DNA of 62,000 nt from Hyalangium minutum (GCF_000737315.1 NZ_JMCB01000001.1:144001-206000), one strand, 5' to 3'; positions 1-10,800 are shown, counted from the first letter of the stretch. The notes: a model not told the origin generated them from the letters alone. Numbers and translations are program-made.

Positions 1-1
1 T

Positions 2-3000
2 CACCATGTCCGGGGCAAGCCCGTGGTAGCGGGCGTGGTCCAACTGGAGATGGTACGTGCGGCCGTAGCGGCGGCCGGCGCTGGGGCCCTGTCCTCCCTG
101 AACGACGTGGTGTGGCTCTCCACCGTGGAAGTGTCCACGGACTCGACCCTGGTGCAGCTCGCCTTGACACCTCGGGAGGATGGTTTCTCCTACGAGGTGA
201 GCATCCCGGGCACCGCCAGCACCTGCTCCCGGGGCCGCGTACGGTTCCAGGACACAGAGCCCTCGGGCACGCCACCCCGGGTGGATCTCCAGGCGCTTCA
301 GGCGAGGTGCCAGCAGCGCATCGGCAAGGCAGCGCTGTACGAAGGCTTCCGCGCGGTCGGCCTGGAATACGGGCCTTCCTTCCAGTGCGTGGAGGAGCTC
401 TGGGTGCACGGCCGTGAGGTCGTCGGGGAGCTGCGCCTGGGAGCCCAGGCCGCGCCAGAGCTCGAACACTTCGCGCTGCACCCCTCGCTGGTGGATGCGG
501 CGCTGCATACGCTCCAGGGACTGACTGCGGGGGAGTCCAGCAACGGCGAGCCGCAGACCCTGATCCCCTTCTCGGTGGCCGAGGTGCGGGTGTATGGCCG
601 GCTGCCAGCGCGGTGCTTCGCGTATGCGCAGCTGCGCGAGAACAACCGGGAGAGCGGCGTGGCCCGGTTCAACATGGCCATCCTCGACGAGTCCGGCCAG
701 TGCCTCGTGCTGTTCAAGGACTTCGCTGCACGGCGGCTCCGCGTAGCGCACGGGCCTGCCGCAGCGCCCATCCACGAGGCAGCCCCCCTTCCAGCGTCCG
801 TCCCCAGCTCGGGCTTCTTCTACCAGCCGCTCTGGAAGGAGCAGCCGCTGCCCGCCGTCGAGGCCCCCTCGAAGCCCGAGGGTGGCACGGTGCTCATCTT
901 CACCCACCCGCAGGACTGCGGGCTGGGTGCCCGGCTTGCGGCGCAGTACGGCGAGCACCGGGCCGTCCTCGTCAGCCTGGAGGACGCATGGAACGCCGAG
1001 AGCCCTGGGCTCTTGCGCATCAACCACCGTGACGCGAATCACTACTCGCACGTGCTCGCGCAGCTGCGAGAGCCGTCGGCCATCTACTTCCTCGGTGGCA
1101 TGCAGTCCAAGCGCTATAGCGCCAATGACGTGCAGCACCTGGCGCGCATGGAGGAGCGGGGTGTGGTCTCCCTGCTGCGGCTGGCCCGCGGCCTCGCGGC
1201 GCACCCTCCCGGCGCCATCCCGCTGAAGGTCGTCACCAACGACGTGTACCGCGTGCGCGAACGGGACGCCGCGTTCAACCCCTTCGCCAGCGCACTCGTT
1301 GGTTTCACCAAGGTCCTCTCTCGCGAGTTCCGCCAGCTCCAGGTGAGCTGCATCGACGTGGCGAAGGCCGAGCTCGACGCCGGTGAGGACACCGCAGCCG
1401 CAGTGCTGCGCGGTCTGCTAGCGGAGCCGGGCCTTAGCGCCGCCCTCCAGAGCGCGCTAAGGGAGGGCCGGCGCTTCGTCCAGCACCTCCATGCGGTGGA
1501 GCTGCCCGAGACAGCGCCGCAGGCGCTGTCCTTCGTGGACCGCGGCGTGTACCTCATCCTCGGAGGGGCGGGCGGCCTGGGGCTCGTTGTCGCTGAGCAC
1601 CTGGCCCGGCGGTGCAGGGCCCGGCTGGTGCTGGTCGGGCGCAGCCCGCTGCGCGAGGAGACCCGCCGCCGCATGCAGGCCATCGAAGCCGCAGGGGGTG
1701 AGGCGCTCTACCTCCAGGCAGATCTGTGCGACGTGGCGGCCATGCGGAACGTGGTCCTCCAGACACGCGCTCGCTTCGGCCCCATCTCCGGCGTCATCCA
1801 CTCGGCCATCGTCCTCCAGGACGGCGTCATCGGGCGCATGACGGAGGAGCAGCTGCGCGCGGCGCTGGCCCCGAAGGCACGCGGACTGGTCGTCCTGCAC
1901 CACGTGCTGGAAGCCGAGCCGCTCGACTTCATCGCCTGCTTCTCCTCGGCGCTCTCCTTCACGAGCGCGCCGGGCCAGGCCAACTACGCCGCGGCCTCCA
2001 CCTTCGAGGACTGCTTCGCCCTGTACCTCGAGCACCGGATGCAGCGCCCGGTGCGTGTCTTCAACTGGGGCTTCTGGGGCGACATCGGCATCGTCGCCAC
2101 GGACACCTACCGCGAGCGCATGGCCCGCCGCGGCATCGAAGCCCTCACCCGCGAAGAAGGCCTGCTCGCCTTCGACCGCGTCATGGCCGGCCGCGCCACT
2201 CAGATCTCTCCCATCAAGCTCCATCCGGAGCTCCTGGAGTCCTTCCACATGGACGCAACCCAGCTTCGGGCCCCCTACCCCGAGACTTTCCCCTCGGTGA
2301 TGACGCCCGTGACCACCCGGCTCGACGGCTTCATCCAGCAGGGCCCGGACATCCCCGGCAACGCGGAGCTGCTGCCGCTGGAGCAGCACGGACGGCTGCT
2401 GCTCCTCCAGGCCTTCCAGGAGATGGGCGCGCTGAGGAACCCTGGCGAGCGCCACACCCTCGGCGAGCTCCGGGAGCGGCTGCGCATCCTGCCCGCTTAT
2501 TCGCGGCTCTACGACGCGATGCTGGACATCCTCTCCAAGGGCGGCTTCGTGCGGCTGGCGGGAGACTCGCTCGAGGCGACGCCCGAGGTTCGCTCCTCGC
2601 ACGCGACGCCGCAAGGCATCCGGGCTCACCGCGAGTCCATGCTGGCGCGGCTGCCAGACGGGCGTGCCTTCCTGGAGCTGGTGGAGGCGTGTGTCGGCTC
2701 CTTGCCCGACGTGCTCACCGGCCGGAAGTCCCACATGGAGGTGATGTTCCCCGGCGGCTCCAAGACGCTCGTGGAGAACGTCTACAAGGGCAACCGGCGC
2801 TCGGACTACTTCAACGATCTGGTCGTCCAGAGCGTGCTGGCGGTGCTGGAAAAGCGCCTGGGAGACTCGCGGCAGGAGAAGATCGCCCTGCTGGAGATCG
2901 GCGCGGGGACGGGCGGCACGAGCGGCCGCGTGTTCGAAGCCATCCAGGCTCACGGCTCGCGCCTGACGTACGACTACACGGACATCTCCAAGAGCTTCGC

Positions 3001-6000
3001 GACGCACGGCCAGCGAACCTTCGGCCGCCGCTTCCCCTTCGCATCCTTCAAGGTGCTGGATGTGGAGAAGGACGTCATCGCGCAGGGCTTCAAACCTGGC
3101 GCCTATGATCTCATCCTGGCCACCAACGTTCTGCACGCCACGCGGAACATGACCCACACGCTGCGCCAAGCCAAGGCGCTGCTGAAGACGAACGGCGTGC
3201 TCGTCATCAACGAAGTCACGGTGGTCCAAGACTTCACCACGCTGACGTTCGGACTGACGAGCGGGTGGTGGCTGTTCGAGGATGCGAACCTGCGGCTGCC
3301 GCACTCGCCGCTGCTGGGGCTCAAGGAGTGGCGCTCGGCGCTGGAGAGCCAGGGCTTCCGCCGCGTCATGGGCTTCGGCCTGCCTCGGGGGCGCCCGGAG
3401 GTGGACGGGCAAAACGTCATTCTCTCGGAGAGCGATGGCTGGCTCGACACCTCGCGCAAGCAAGCCCCGTCCGCCCCCGAGCCGCGAGCCGCGAGCTCCA
3501 TGTTGAGCAGCACGGCGCAGCGCTGGACTCCCCCCGCCGCGCCGCAGCCGAGCGCTCCCGCCGCGGCCCAGCTGCCGCCCGCGCCCCCGGCGCGGACCGA
3601 GCCGCAGAAGCACGCGATACCGCCGCCGCCAGCGGCCGAAGCCATCCGGTACCGCCCCCCGGAGGAGCCCCTCGAGCACCGCGTGGTGGCTCCTCCGCCC
3701 GCCCCTGTGCCCGCCCGGGTGGTGGCCTCCTCACCCGTCCCGGCCGACCGGGACGAAGCCCTGCGCGAACACACCCTCACGCTCCTGCGAAGCACCCTCG
3801 CCCAGGTGTTGAAGATGGAGGCCGCGGAGCTGGAGCCGGGCGCCACCTTCGAGTCCTACGGCGTGGACTCGCTGGTGGGCATGGACTTCCTGGACAAGCT
3901 GGAGGGCGACTTCCCCAGCCTGCCCAAGACGCTGCTCTTCGAGCACATCACGCTCGATCAGCTCACCGCCCATTTCCTGCGGACCTTCCCAGAGGTGCTG
4001 CGGCGCAAGTTCGGCGGCAGCCTCGCGGCAGTGCCTCGGTCCCCACTCGCGGCGGAGCGCGCCCCCGCTGCCACGGAGCCCTCCGCGGCGTCCCGGCCCA
4101 CCGAGTCCGGTCGCGCCGCAGCCACGCTCATGGATGCGGCCTCCTTGTTCGGGGAGCCGCCGCCGGCTCCTGCCCAAACCGGAGTCCGTGAAGAGCGCAC
4201 CCCGGCCTCCACGCGCGTGGAGGGCATCGCCATCATCGGCATGAGCGGCCGCTACCCGCAGGCCGAGGATACACGCGCCTTCTGGGAGAACCTGCGTCAG
4301 GGCCGCTCCGCCTTCTCCGAGGTGCCGCCAGAGCGGTGGAGCCACAGCGCCTACCACGACGACACGGGAGAGCGCCCAGGCACCACGTACCACCGGTGGG
4401 GCGCGTTCATCGGGGACGTGGACAAGTTCGATCCGCTCTTCTTCGGCATCGCCCCGCGCGAGGCGCAGCTCATGGATCCTCAGGAGCGGCTCTTCCTGGA
4501 GACAGCCTGGGCCACGCTGGAGGACGCGGGCTGGACGAGCGCGCGGCTCAACCGCTCCGCGCACGCGGACGGGGGACAAGGCGTGGGCGTCTTCGTGGGG
4601 GTGATGTACGGGCCCTACCAGCTGCTCGCGGCCGAGGAGTGGGCACGCGGCAACCGGGTGGACGCCCAGTCCGCCTACTGGTCCATCCCCAACCGGGTCT
4701 CCTACGCCTTCGACTTCCGAGGGCCGAGCCTCGCGGTGGACACGGCATGCTCCTCGTCGCTCACCGCCATCCACCTGGCCTGCGAGAGCCTCCGCCGAGG
4801 CGAGTGCCGGGCCGCACTCGTGGGTGGCGTCAACCTCATCCTCCACCCCAGCCACCACGTGGGGTTGGGGAAGATGTCCATGCTCTCGCGAGACGGGAGC
4901 TGCCGAGCCTTTGGTGAGGGCGCCAGCGGCTTCGTGGCGGGTGAGGGCGTGGGCGCCGTGCTGCTCAAGCCCCTGGCCGACGCCATCCGCGACGGGGACC
5001 GCATCCACGGTGTCATCCTCGGCTCGGCCGTCAACAGCAACGGCAGGACGAACGGCTACACCGTGCCCAGCCCCAGCGCCCAGGCGGATCTGATCGAGAC
5101 GGCGCTAAAGCGGGCCGGCGTGGATCCGCGGACGATCTCCTACGTGGAGGCGCAGGCCGTGGGCTCCACCCTGGCGGACCCGATCGAGGTGTCTGGCCTC
5201 ACCAAGGCCTTCGAGCGCTTCACCCGCGAGCGGGGCTTCTGCGCGCTCGGCTCGGTGAAGCCCAACATCGGCCACCTCGAGGCGGCCTCGGGCGTGGCGC
5301 AGCTCACCAAGGTGCTGCTGCAGCTCCAGCACGGGCAGCTGGCGCCCTCGGTGGGCTCCGAGCGGTTGAACCCCTATATCGACTTCGAGAACTCGCCCTT
5401 CTTCGTGCAGCGGCAAGCCAGCGAGTGGCCCGAGCCGCGCGATCCCGTCACCGGGCGGCGCATTCCGAGGCGGGCCGCCGTCAGCTCCTTCGGGGCGGGA
5501 GGCGCCAATGCCCACCTCCTCATCGAGGAGTACGTGGCCCCTCGGGAGGCTGCGGTGTCCCGGGATGATGGGCGGCCTCAGCTCGTCACCCTGTCGGCGA
5601 AGCGTCCGGAACGGCTGACAGAGCAGGCCCGGAGGCTGCGCGACTTCCTCGTCGGGTCTCTGGCGTCCACGCGGACGGCCCCTCCGCTCGCGGACGTGGC
5701 GTACACGCTCCAGACGGGCCGAGAGGCCATGGGGACGCGGCTGGCGGTGCTGGCACGGGATCTCCCCTCTCTGCTGGGCGCGCTCGAGCGCTTCCTGGCG
5801 GGCCAGGACGCGCCCGGCCAGTTGTTCACGGGCGCGGTGAAGAAGTCCACGCGCCCCATGCCGCTGCCCGCGGACTCCGTACGCCAGGCGCGGGATGCGG
5901 GCCAGCTGGAGCCGCTCGCCTCGGCGTGGGCCAGCGGCTCGGAGGTGGACTGGGAGCTGCTGCACGAGGGGCAGCCTCGCAAGCGCCTTGCGCTGCCCAC

Positions 6001-9000
6001 CTACCCGTTCGCCCGGGAGCGCTACTGGCTGGATGTGTCCGCGCAGCCCGCGGCACTACCGATGGAGTCCTCGACTCCCGCCCCGGAGCCCGCCCCCCTG
6101 CCGCCCGCTCCCGCCCAGCTCCCCAACACCCAGGAGGTCCGTGTGACAGAGGACGGCACCCTGACCCGACGCGTCCAGGAGGTGCTGGTGAAGAGCATCT
6201 CCGAGATCCTCGGCGTCCGCGGCGAGGACGTGGATCTCGACGAGCACGTGAGCGACTACGGGTTCGACTCCATCTCGCTCACGAAGTTCGCGGCGCTCCT
6301 CAACAAGAACCACGGACTGGACGTCAGTCCCACGATCTTCTTCGAGCACGCCACCATCAGCAGCTTCGCGGACTACCTGGTCCGTGAGTACCGCGACGTG
6401 CTCGCGCGGGCCCTGCTGTCCACGGACGTGCAGGCGCCCCCCGCCGCTGCGAAGCCCCAGGCTCCCGCGCCTCGGGCCGCCGCGACCCAGGCTCCTGTCG
6501 CCACTCCGGCCCCGGGCGACGTCCGCGCTGTCGAGCCCATCGCCATCATCGGCATGGCTGGCCGCTTCCCAGGCTCGCCGAACCTGGCCCGCTACTGGGA
6601 GAACCTGATGGCCGGAAAGGATCTCGTCACGGAGATCCCTCGGGACCGCTTCGACTGGCGGGACTTCTACGGCGATCCGCAGAAGGATCCCACGAAGACG
6701 CCGTCGCGGTGGGGCGGCTTCCTGCAGGACGTGGATCGGTTCGACGCGCTCTTCTTCAGCATCTCGCCGCGCGAGGCGCGATCGATGGATCCGCAGCAGC
6801 GCCTCTTCCTGGAGACGGTCTGGCAGGCCATCGAAGACGCGGGCTATCCGCCCTCCCAGCTCGCGGGCACCTCCACGGGCCTGTTCGTGGGAGTGGCCGG
6901 CAGCGAGTACTCCCACCTGCTGGAGCAGTCGGGTGCGGAGATCGACGGTCAGGCGGCCACTGGCAACGCGCACAGCATCCTGGCCAACCGCGTCTCGTTC
7001 CTGTTGGATCTCCATGGCCCCAGCGAGCCGGTGGACACCGCGTGCTCCAGCTCCCTGGTCGCGGTGCATCGGGCCGTGGCGGCCATCCAGGCGGGCGAGT
7101 GCGACCTGGCGATCGCCGGCGGCGTCAACGTCCTGCTGACACCGGCCGGGTTCCTTGCCTTCGGCAAGTCCGGCATGCTGGCCGGTGACGGCCGGTGCAA
7201 GACGTTCGACCAGAAGGCGGACGGCTACGTCCGCGGCGAAGGCGTGGGGGCCGTGCTGCTCAAGCCGCTCAGCCGGGCGCTGGCGGACGGAGACACCATC
7301 TACGCCGTCGTCAAGGGCTCCGCCGTCAACCATGGAGGCCGGGCCAACTCGCTCACCGCGCCCAACCCCAACGCTCAGGCGGACCTCGTCATGCGCGCGG
7401 TGCGCAAGGCGGGCGTGGCGCCAGAGTCGATCGGCTACATTGAGGCGCACGGGACGGGGACCTCCCTGGGCGATCCCATCGAGATCAACGGCCTCAAGCG
7501 GGCCTTCCGCGAGCTGGGACTGGGTGGCACGGAGGCCTGGCGGCGCAAGTCCTGTGGGCTGGGCACCGTCAAGACCAACATCGGCCACCTGGAGACGGCC
7601 GCGGGCATCGCCGGGCTCATCAAAGTGCTGCTGGCGCTGCGCCACAAGAAGCTGCCGCCGCTCGTGCACTTCCAGCAGCTCAACGAGTACATCGACCTGG
7701 AGGACAGCCCCTTCTACGTCGTGGATAAGGCCCGGGATTGGGAGCCCGCGCGAGACGCCCGAGGCGCTGCCCTGCCACGACGCGCCGGGATCAGCTCCTT
7801 CGGCTTCGGTGGCGTCAACGTGCACCTGGTGCTGGAGGAGCATGAAGTCCCGGCCCCTCCCGAGCAGCTGTCCGGTGAAGGAGAGGCCATCCTCCTGTCC
7901 GCCCGGAGCACGGAGCGCCTGAAAGCATACGCGGAGGACTTCATCACCTTCCTGGAGGCGGTGGAGGCAGCCCCGGAGGAGCAACGCACCCGGTTGGCGG
8001 ATCTGGCCTACACGCTCCAGGTGGGCCGCGAGCACATGTCCCACCGCCTGGCCCTGATCGTCCGGAGCCGCAAGGAGCTGATCGAGAAGCTGCGCGGCTT
8101 CACGAACGAGGGCGCGGGTGGATCCGACGTCTTCGTAGGAGATGACCACTCCCACAAGGATCTGATCTCCCTCTTCAGCCAGGAGGGAGCGGACCTGGGC
8201 TACTTCGAGGAGCTGGCCCGCAGAGGCAACTCCAGGAAGCTGGCCGCGCTCTGGGCCAAGGGCTTCTCCATCCCGTGGGCGGAGCTACAGGCGCGAGGCA
8301 CGCATCGCCGGTTGCCGCTCCCCACCTACCCGTTCGCCCGGGAGCGTTACTGGCTCCCCACGCCGGTGCGAGCCGTTGCCCCGGTCCAGCCCGCGCAGCA
8401 GCCCGTCACCCAGGCCCCGCCCGCGCGAGTCCCCTCCCCGGCCGCGCCCGTGCCGCAGCCTGCGGCCACGGCTCCGGCTCCGGCTCCGGCGCCTGCTCAG
8501 TCCCCGCGAGCGGAAGAGCCCGCGCCCCGCGCTGCTCCGGCTCCGCGCGCCGAGGATGCCTCCCTGCAGCCCACAGCCCGAATCCGTGCCGTCTTCGCGG
8601 AGTTCATCGGCCTCGAGGAGCAGGCCATCGATCCGAACCGGGAGTTCACCTCCTACGGCATCGACTCCATCGCTGGCCTCCGGGTGATGCAGCGCATCCA
8701 GCAGCTCTACGGCGAGAACGTGCCGATGCTCGCCATCATCGAGCACCCGACCCTCCATCGCTTCACGAACCACCTCCTTCGCAACTACGTGAAGGCGGAA
8801 GCCGCGCCGGCCGCTCCAGCTCCCGCGGCAAGCCCAGTTCCAGCCCCGGTGGCTCCGGCTCCTGCTGCGAGTGCGCCCACCGCAGTCCCGAGCGCTCGGC
8901 CCACCTCCGAGCGCCCGTCAGCGCCCGTGCAGACGCCGCCCCCAGCACCTCGGAAGCCGGAGCCTCCGCGCACCGTGCCCGAGGTGCGGCTGGTGCCCTT

Positions 9001-10789
9001 CCAGCCCAACGGCTCCGAGACGCCGCTCTTCGGTCTTCCGGGAGACTGGGGTGACGTCGGCTGGCTCATCGGGCTCATCCCTCACCTGGGCAAGACACAG
9101 CCGGTGTATGGCCTGGACCTCGCGCCTGGCACCGAGTGCACTGTGGAGGCGCTCGCGGCAGAGTGCGTGCGCGTCCTGTTGGGTGCTCGGCCGGCCGGTC
9201 CCTACCGCCTCGCCGCCTCGGGCCTGGGCGGAGGTGTCGCCCTGGAGGCCACGCGGCGCCTGCACGAGCTCGGTCACGAGGTGTCCGAGCTGCTGCTGCT
9301 CGCCCCTGCCGCTCCTCGGCCCACGGGAGACACCGCCGCGCTGCAGCAGGCGGGAGACTCCGCCTGCGTGCTGACGTACCTGGGCAACAGCCTGGGCCAG
9401 CTGTGGCGGGCCCCTGGAGTGCTCCGCTACGACGCCCTGCCCCAGGGTGACTTCGCCGAGCAGCGGAAGGCCGTGACGCGCTTCCTCACCTCGAGCGCGG
9501 CGTGTCCGATGCCCGCCGCGAAGCTGGAACCGTGGCTGGATGGCGCTGCCCGCCAGTACGCGTTCGGGCTGCTCTCCCTGAGCCGCTACCGCCCGCGCCC
9601 GCTGTCCCGCCCGGTGCAGGCGGTGCTGATCCGTCCCCAGGAACTCCAGACGGGAGCGGGCAGCACCTACCGCCTGCCGCGCCCCCCCGCGGACGGTGTG
9701 AACACCGCAGCGGACTGGCAGGGGCTGCTGGGCAGGCCGGTTCGCGTCCTCGAGGCGCCCCAGGACTGCTTCGGCCTGCTGTCCGTCCAGGGCGTAACGT
9801 GGGTGGCGGAGCAGCTGCGCCCCGCCCGGGCCCCTGAGCCGCGAACCGAGCCCGGCGCTGACGGCCCTCGCTCCTCCATCATCGTGCCTATCAACAAGAA
9901 CGGCTCCCAGCGCGCCTCCTTCTGGGTGCACACGCTCCTGGGGGACGTCAGCTACGGCCTCAACTTCTCACGCCACCTGGGCATCGACTACCCCGTCTTC
10001 GGCATCGAGCAGTTCGATGTGGACGGCAACGTCTTCCTGCTCCCTACCATCGAGGAGATGGCCTCCCGCTACATCGACGCGCTCCGGGCCGCCCAACCTT
10101 CGGGACCCTATGTGCTCGGGGGCTACTCCTACGGCGGCATCGTTGCCTTCGAGATGGCCTACCAGCTCGGGCAGCGCGGCGAGGAGGTCTCGGATCTGGT
10201 GCTGATTGACTCCCTCATGCCAGGCACGGAGGTGTTCAACGCCATCGACACCTCGTCCTTCGTGACGGACGACTTCAGCATCATGTCGCTGATCCTCATC
10301 GGCAACTCGTTCGGCAACCGATGGCACGCCGAGCGCTACATCCAGCTCGATGAGCTCACCGGCCGGCCTCGGGACCAGCAGATCGAGCAGGTCGCGCGCC
10401 ACCTCCGGGACCGCTCGAAGACCACCCTCTCCTTCGAGGAGATCCTGCAGCTCGTCCGCCGCAACTACGACACGATCACCTCGAACAACGAGGCGCTCAA
10501 CCGCTACCGCCCCAAGGGCCCGCTCGGCCCCCGGGTGAACGCCACGCTCTTCCACGCCACCCTGGGGTTCGTCGGGCCCAACAACCCCAACAACATCCCC
10601 GAAGTGAAGATCCGCGTGGATGACCGGACCAATGGCTTCGGCCGCTACGTCCCCAGCAGCTTCCGGATCTTCGATCTGCCCGCGGACCACTACACCATCT
10701 GCACCGACGAGTTCATCAAGGTGGTCGCGGAGAAGACCCGCGTCGCCATCACCCCCATGCGCGTGCTCCCCACGGAGCGCGCTTCGTAG
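2..10789 (+). CDS. trans-AT type I PKS, terminal subunit (5'-partial): DH-KR-cMT-ACP, KS0-ACP, KS-ACP, TE(inactive)-TE
   Basis: Frame is open to the window edge. DH His motif HHVRGKPVVAG at nt 2 and DAALH. KR GGAGGLG, LQD and NYAAA. MT LEIGAGTGG (~2890). ACP motifs GVDS (3860), GFDS (6260), GIDS (8657). Two KS with DTACSSS. TE GYSYG (10121). No AT motif anywhere. Confidence 0.96.
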   Translation, partial: HHVRGKPVVAGVVQLEMVRAAVAAAGAGALSSLNDVVWLSTVEVSTDSTLVQLALTPREDGFSYEVSIPGTASTCSRGRVRFQDTEPSGTPPRVDLQALQARCQQRIGKAALYEGFRAVGLEYGPSFQCVEELWVHGREVVGELRLGAQAAPELEHFALHPSLVDAALHTLQGLTAGESSNGEPQTLIPFSVAEVRVYGRLPARCFAYAQLRENNRESGVARFNMAILDESGQCLVLFKDFAARRLRVAHGPAAAPIHEAAPLPASVPSSGFFYQPLWKEQPLPAVEAPSKPEGGTVLIFTHPQDCGLGARLAAQYGEHRAVLVSLEDAWNAESPGLLRINHRDANHYSHVLAQLREPSAIYFLGGMQSKRYSANDVQHLARMEERGVVSLLRLARGLAAHPPGAIPLKVVTNDVYRVRERDAAFNPFASALVGFTKVLSREFRQLQVSCIDVAKAELDAGEDTAAAVLRGLLAEPGLSAALQSALREGRRFVQHLHAVELPETAPQALSFVDRGVYLILGGAGGLGLVVAEHLARRCRARLVLVGRSPLREETRRRMQAIEAAGGEALYLQADLCDVAAMRNVVLQTRARFGPISGVIHSAIVLQDGVIGRMTEEQLRAALAPKARGLVVLHHVLEAEPLDFIACFSSALSFTSAPGQANYAAASTFEDCFALYLEHRMQRPVRVFNWGFWGDIGIVATDTYRERMARRGIEALTREEGLLAFDRVMAGRATQISPIKLHPELLESFHMDATQLRAPYPETFPSVMTPVTTRLDGFIQQGPDIPGNAELLPLEQHGRLLLLQAFQEMGALRNPGERHTLGELRERLRILPAYSRLYDAMLDILSKGGFVRLAGDSLEATPEVRSSHATPQGIRAHRESMLARLPDGRAFLELVEACVGSLPDVLTGRKSHMEVMFPGGSKTLVENVYKGNRRSDYFNDLVVQSVLAVLEKRLGDSRQEKIALLEIGAGTGGTSGRVFEAIQAHGSRLTYDYTDISKSFATHGQRTFGRRFPFASFKVLDVEKDVIAQGFKPGAYDLILATNVLHATRNMTHTLRQAKALLKTNGVLVINEVTVVQDFTTLTFGLTSGWWLFEDANLRLPHSPLLGLKEWRSALESQGFRRVMGFGLPRGRPEVDGQNVILSESDGWLDTSRKQAPSAPEPRAASSMLSSTAQRWTPPAAPQPSAPAAAQLPPAPPARTEPQKHAIPPPPAAEAIRYRPPEEPLEHRVVAPPPAPVPARVVASSPVPADRDEALREHTLTLLRSTLAQVLKMEAAELEPGATFESYGVDSLVGMDFLDKLEGDFPSLPKTLLFEHITLDQLTAHFLRTFPEVLRRKFGGSLAAVPRSPLAAERAPAATEPSAASRPTESGRAAATLMDAASLFGEPPPAPAQTGVREERTPASTRVEGIAIIGMSGRYPQAEDTRAFWENLRQGRSAFSEVPPERWSHSAYHDDTGERPGTTYHRWGAFIGDVDKFDPLFFGIAPREAQLMDPQERLFLETAWATLEDAGWTSARLNRSAHADGGQGVGVFVGVMYGPYQLLAAEEWARGNRVDAQSAYWSIPNRVSYAFDFRGPSLAVDTACSSSLTAIHLACESLRRGECRAALVGGVNLILHPSHHVGLGKMSMLSRDGSCRAFGEGASGFVAGEGVGAVLLKPLADAIRDGDRIHGVILGSAVNSNGRTNGYTVPSPSAQADLIETALKRAGVDPRTISYVEAQAVGSTLADPIEVSGLTKAFERFTRERGFCALGSVKPNIGHLEAASGVAQLTKVLLQLQHGQLAPSVGSERLNPYIDFENSPFFVQRQASEWPEPRDPVTGRRIPRRAAVSSFGAGGANAHLLIEEYVAPREAAVSRDDGRPQLVTLSAKRPERLTEQARRLRDFLVGSLASTRTAPPLADVAYTLQTGREAMGTRLAVLARDLPSLLGALERFLAGQDAPGQLFTGAVKKSTRPMPLPADSVRQARDAGQLEPLASAWASGSEVDWELLHEGQPRKRLALPTYPFARERYWLDVSAQPAALPMESSTPAPEPAPLPPAPAQLPNTQEVRVTEDGTLTRRVQEVLVKSISEILGVRGEDVDLDEHVSDYGFDSISLTKFAALLNKNHGLDVSPTIFFEHATISSFADYLVREYRDVLARALLSTDVQAPPAAAKPQAPAPRAAATQAPVATPAPGDVRAVEPIAIIGMAGRFPGSPNLARYWENLMAGKDLVTEIPRDRFDWRDFYGDPQKDPTKTPSRWGGFLQDVDRFDALFFSISPREARSMDPQQRLFLETVWQAIEDAGYPPSQLAGTSTGLFVGVAGSEYSHLLEQSGAEIDGQAATGNAHSILANRVSFLLDLHGPSEPVDTACSSSLVAVHRAVAAIQAGECDLAIAGGVNVLLTPAGFLAFGKSGMLAGDGRCKTFDQKADGYVRGEGVGAVLLKPLSRALADGDTIYAVVKGSAVNHGGRANSLTAPNPNAQADLVMRAVRKAGVAPESIGYIEAHGTGTSLGDPIEINGLKRAFRELGLGGTEAWRRKSCGLGTVKTNIGHLETAAGIAGLIKVLLALRHKKLPPLVHFQQLNEYIDLEDSPFYVVDKARDWEPARDARGAALPRRAGISSFGFGGVNVHLVLEEHEVPAPPEQLSGEGEAILLSARSTERLKAYAEDFITFLEAVEAAPEEQRTRLADLAYTLQVGREHMSHRLALIVRSRKELIEKLRGFTNEGAGGSDVFVGDDHSHKDLISLFSQEGADLGYFEELARRGNSRKLAALWAKGFSIPWAELQARGTHRRLPLPTYPFARERYWLPTPVRAVAPVQPAQQPVTQAPPARVPSPAAPVPQPAATAPAPAPAPAQSPRAEEPAPRAAPAPRAEDASLQPTARIRAVFAEFIGLEEQAIDPNREFTSYGIDSIAGLRVMQRIQQLYGENVPMLAIIEHPTLHRFTNHLLRNYVKAEAAPAAPAPAASPVPAPVAPAPAASAPTAVPSARPTSERPSAPVQTPPPAPRKPEPPRTVPEVRLVPFQPNGSETPLFGLPGDWGDVGWLIGLIPHLGKTQPVYGLDLAPGTECTVEALAAECVRVLLGARPAGPYRLAASGLGGGVALEATRRLHELGHEVSELLLLAPAAPRPTGDTAALQQAGDSACVLTYLGNSLGQLWRAPGVLRYDALPQGDFAEQRKAVTRFLTSSAACPMPAAKLEPWLDGAARQYAFGLLSLSRYRPRPLSRPVQAVLIRPQELQTGAGSTYRLPRPPADGVNTAADWQGLLGRPVRVLEAPQDCFGLLSVQGVTWVAEQLRPARAPEPRTEPGADGPRSSIIVPINKNGSQRASFWVHTLLGDVSYGLNFSRHLGIDYPVFGIEQFDVDGNVFLLPTIEEMASRYIDALRAAQPSGPYVLGGYSYGGIVAFEMAYQLGQRGEEVSDLVLIDSLMPGTEVFNAIDTSSFVTDDFSIMSLILIGNSFGNRWHAERYIQLDELTGRPRDQQIEQVARHLRDRSKTTLSFEEILQLVRRNYDTITSNNEALNRYRPKGPLGPRVNATLFHATLGFVGPNNPNNIPEVKIRVDDRTNGFGRYVPSSFRIFDLPADHYTICTDEFIKVVAEKTRVAITPMRVLPTERAS

Positions 10790-10800
10790 GAGCCCCACCC

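Noticed and set aside
1457-3679. Long antisense or alternative-frame ORFs (e.g. 1457-3679, 24738-28736, 36985-39936, 42796-45822, 49698-51614)
   Set aside because: Shadow ORFs opposite well-supported genes; expected in ~70% GC DNA with few stop codons, and they carry no motifs.
8340-8990. Pro/Ala-rich quasi-repeats in the PKS (also ~3480-3740, ~6060-6130, ~6430-6520)
   Set aside because: Ordinary low-complexity interdomain linkers, not a repeat array.
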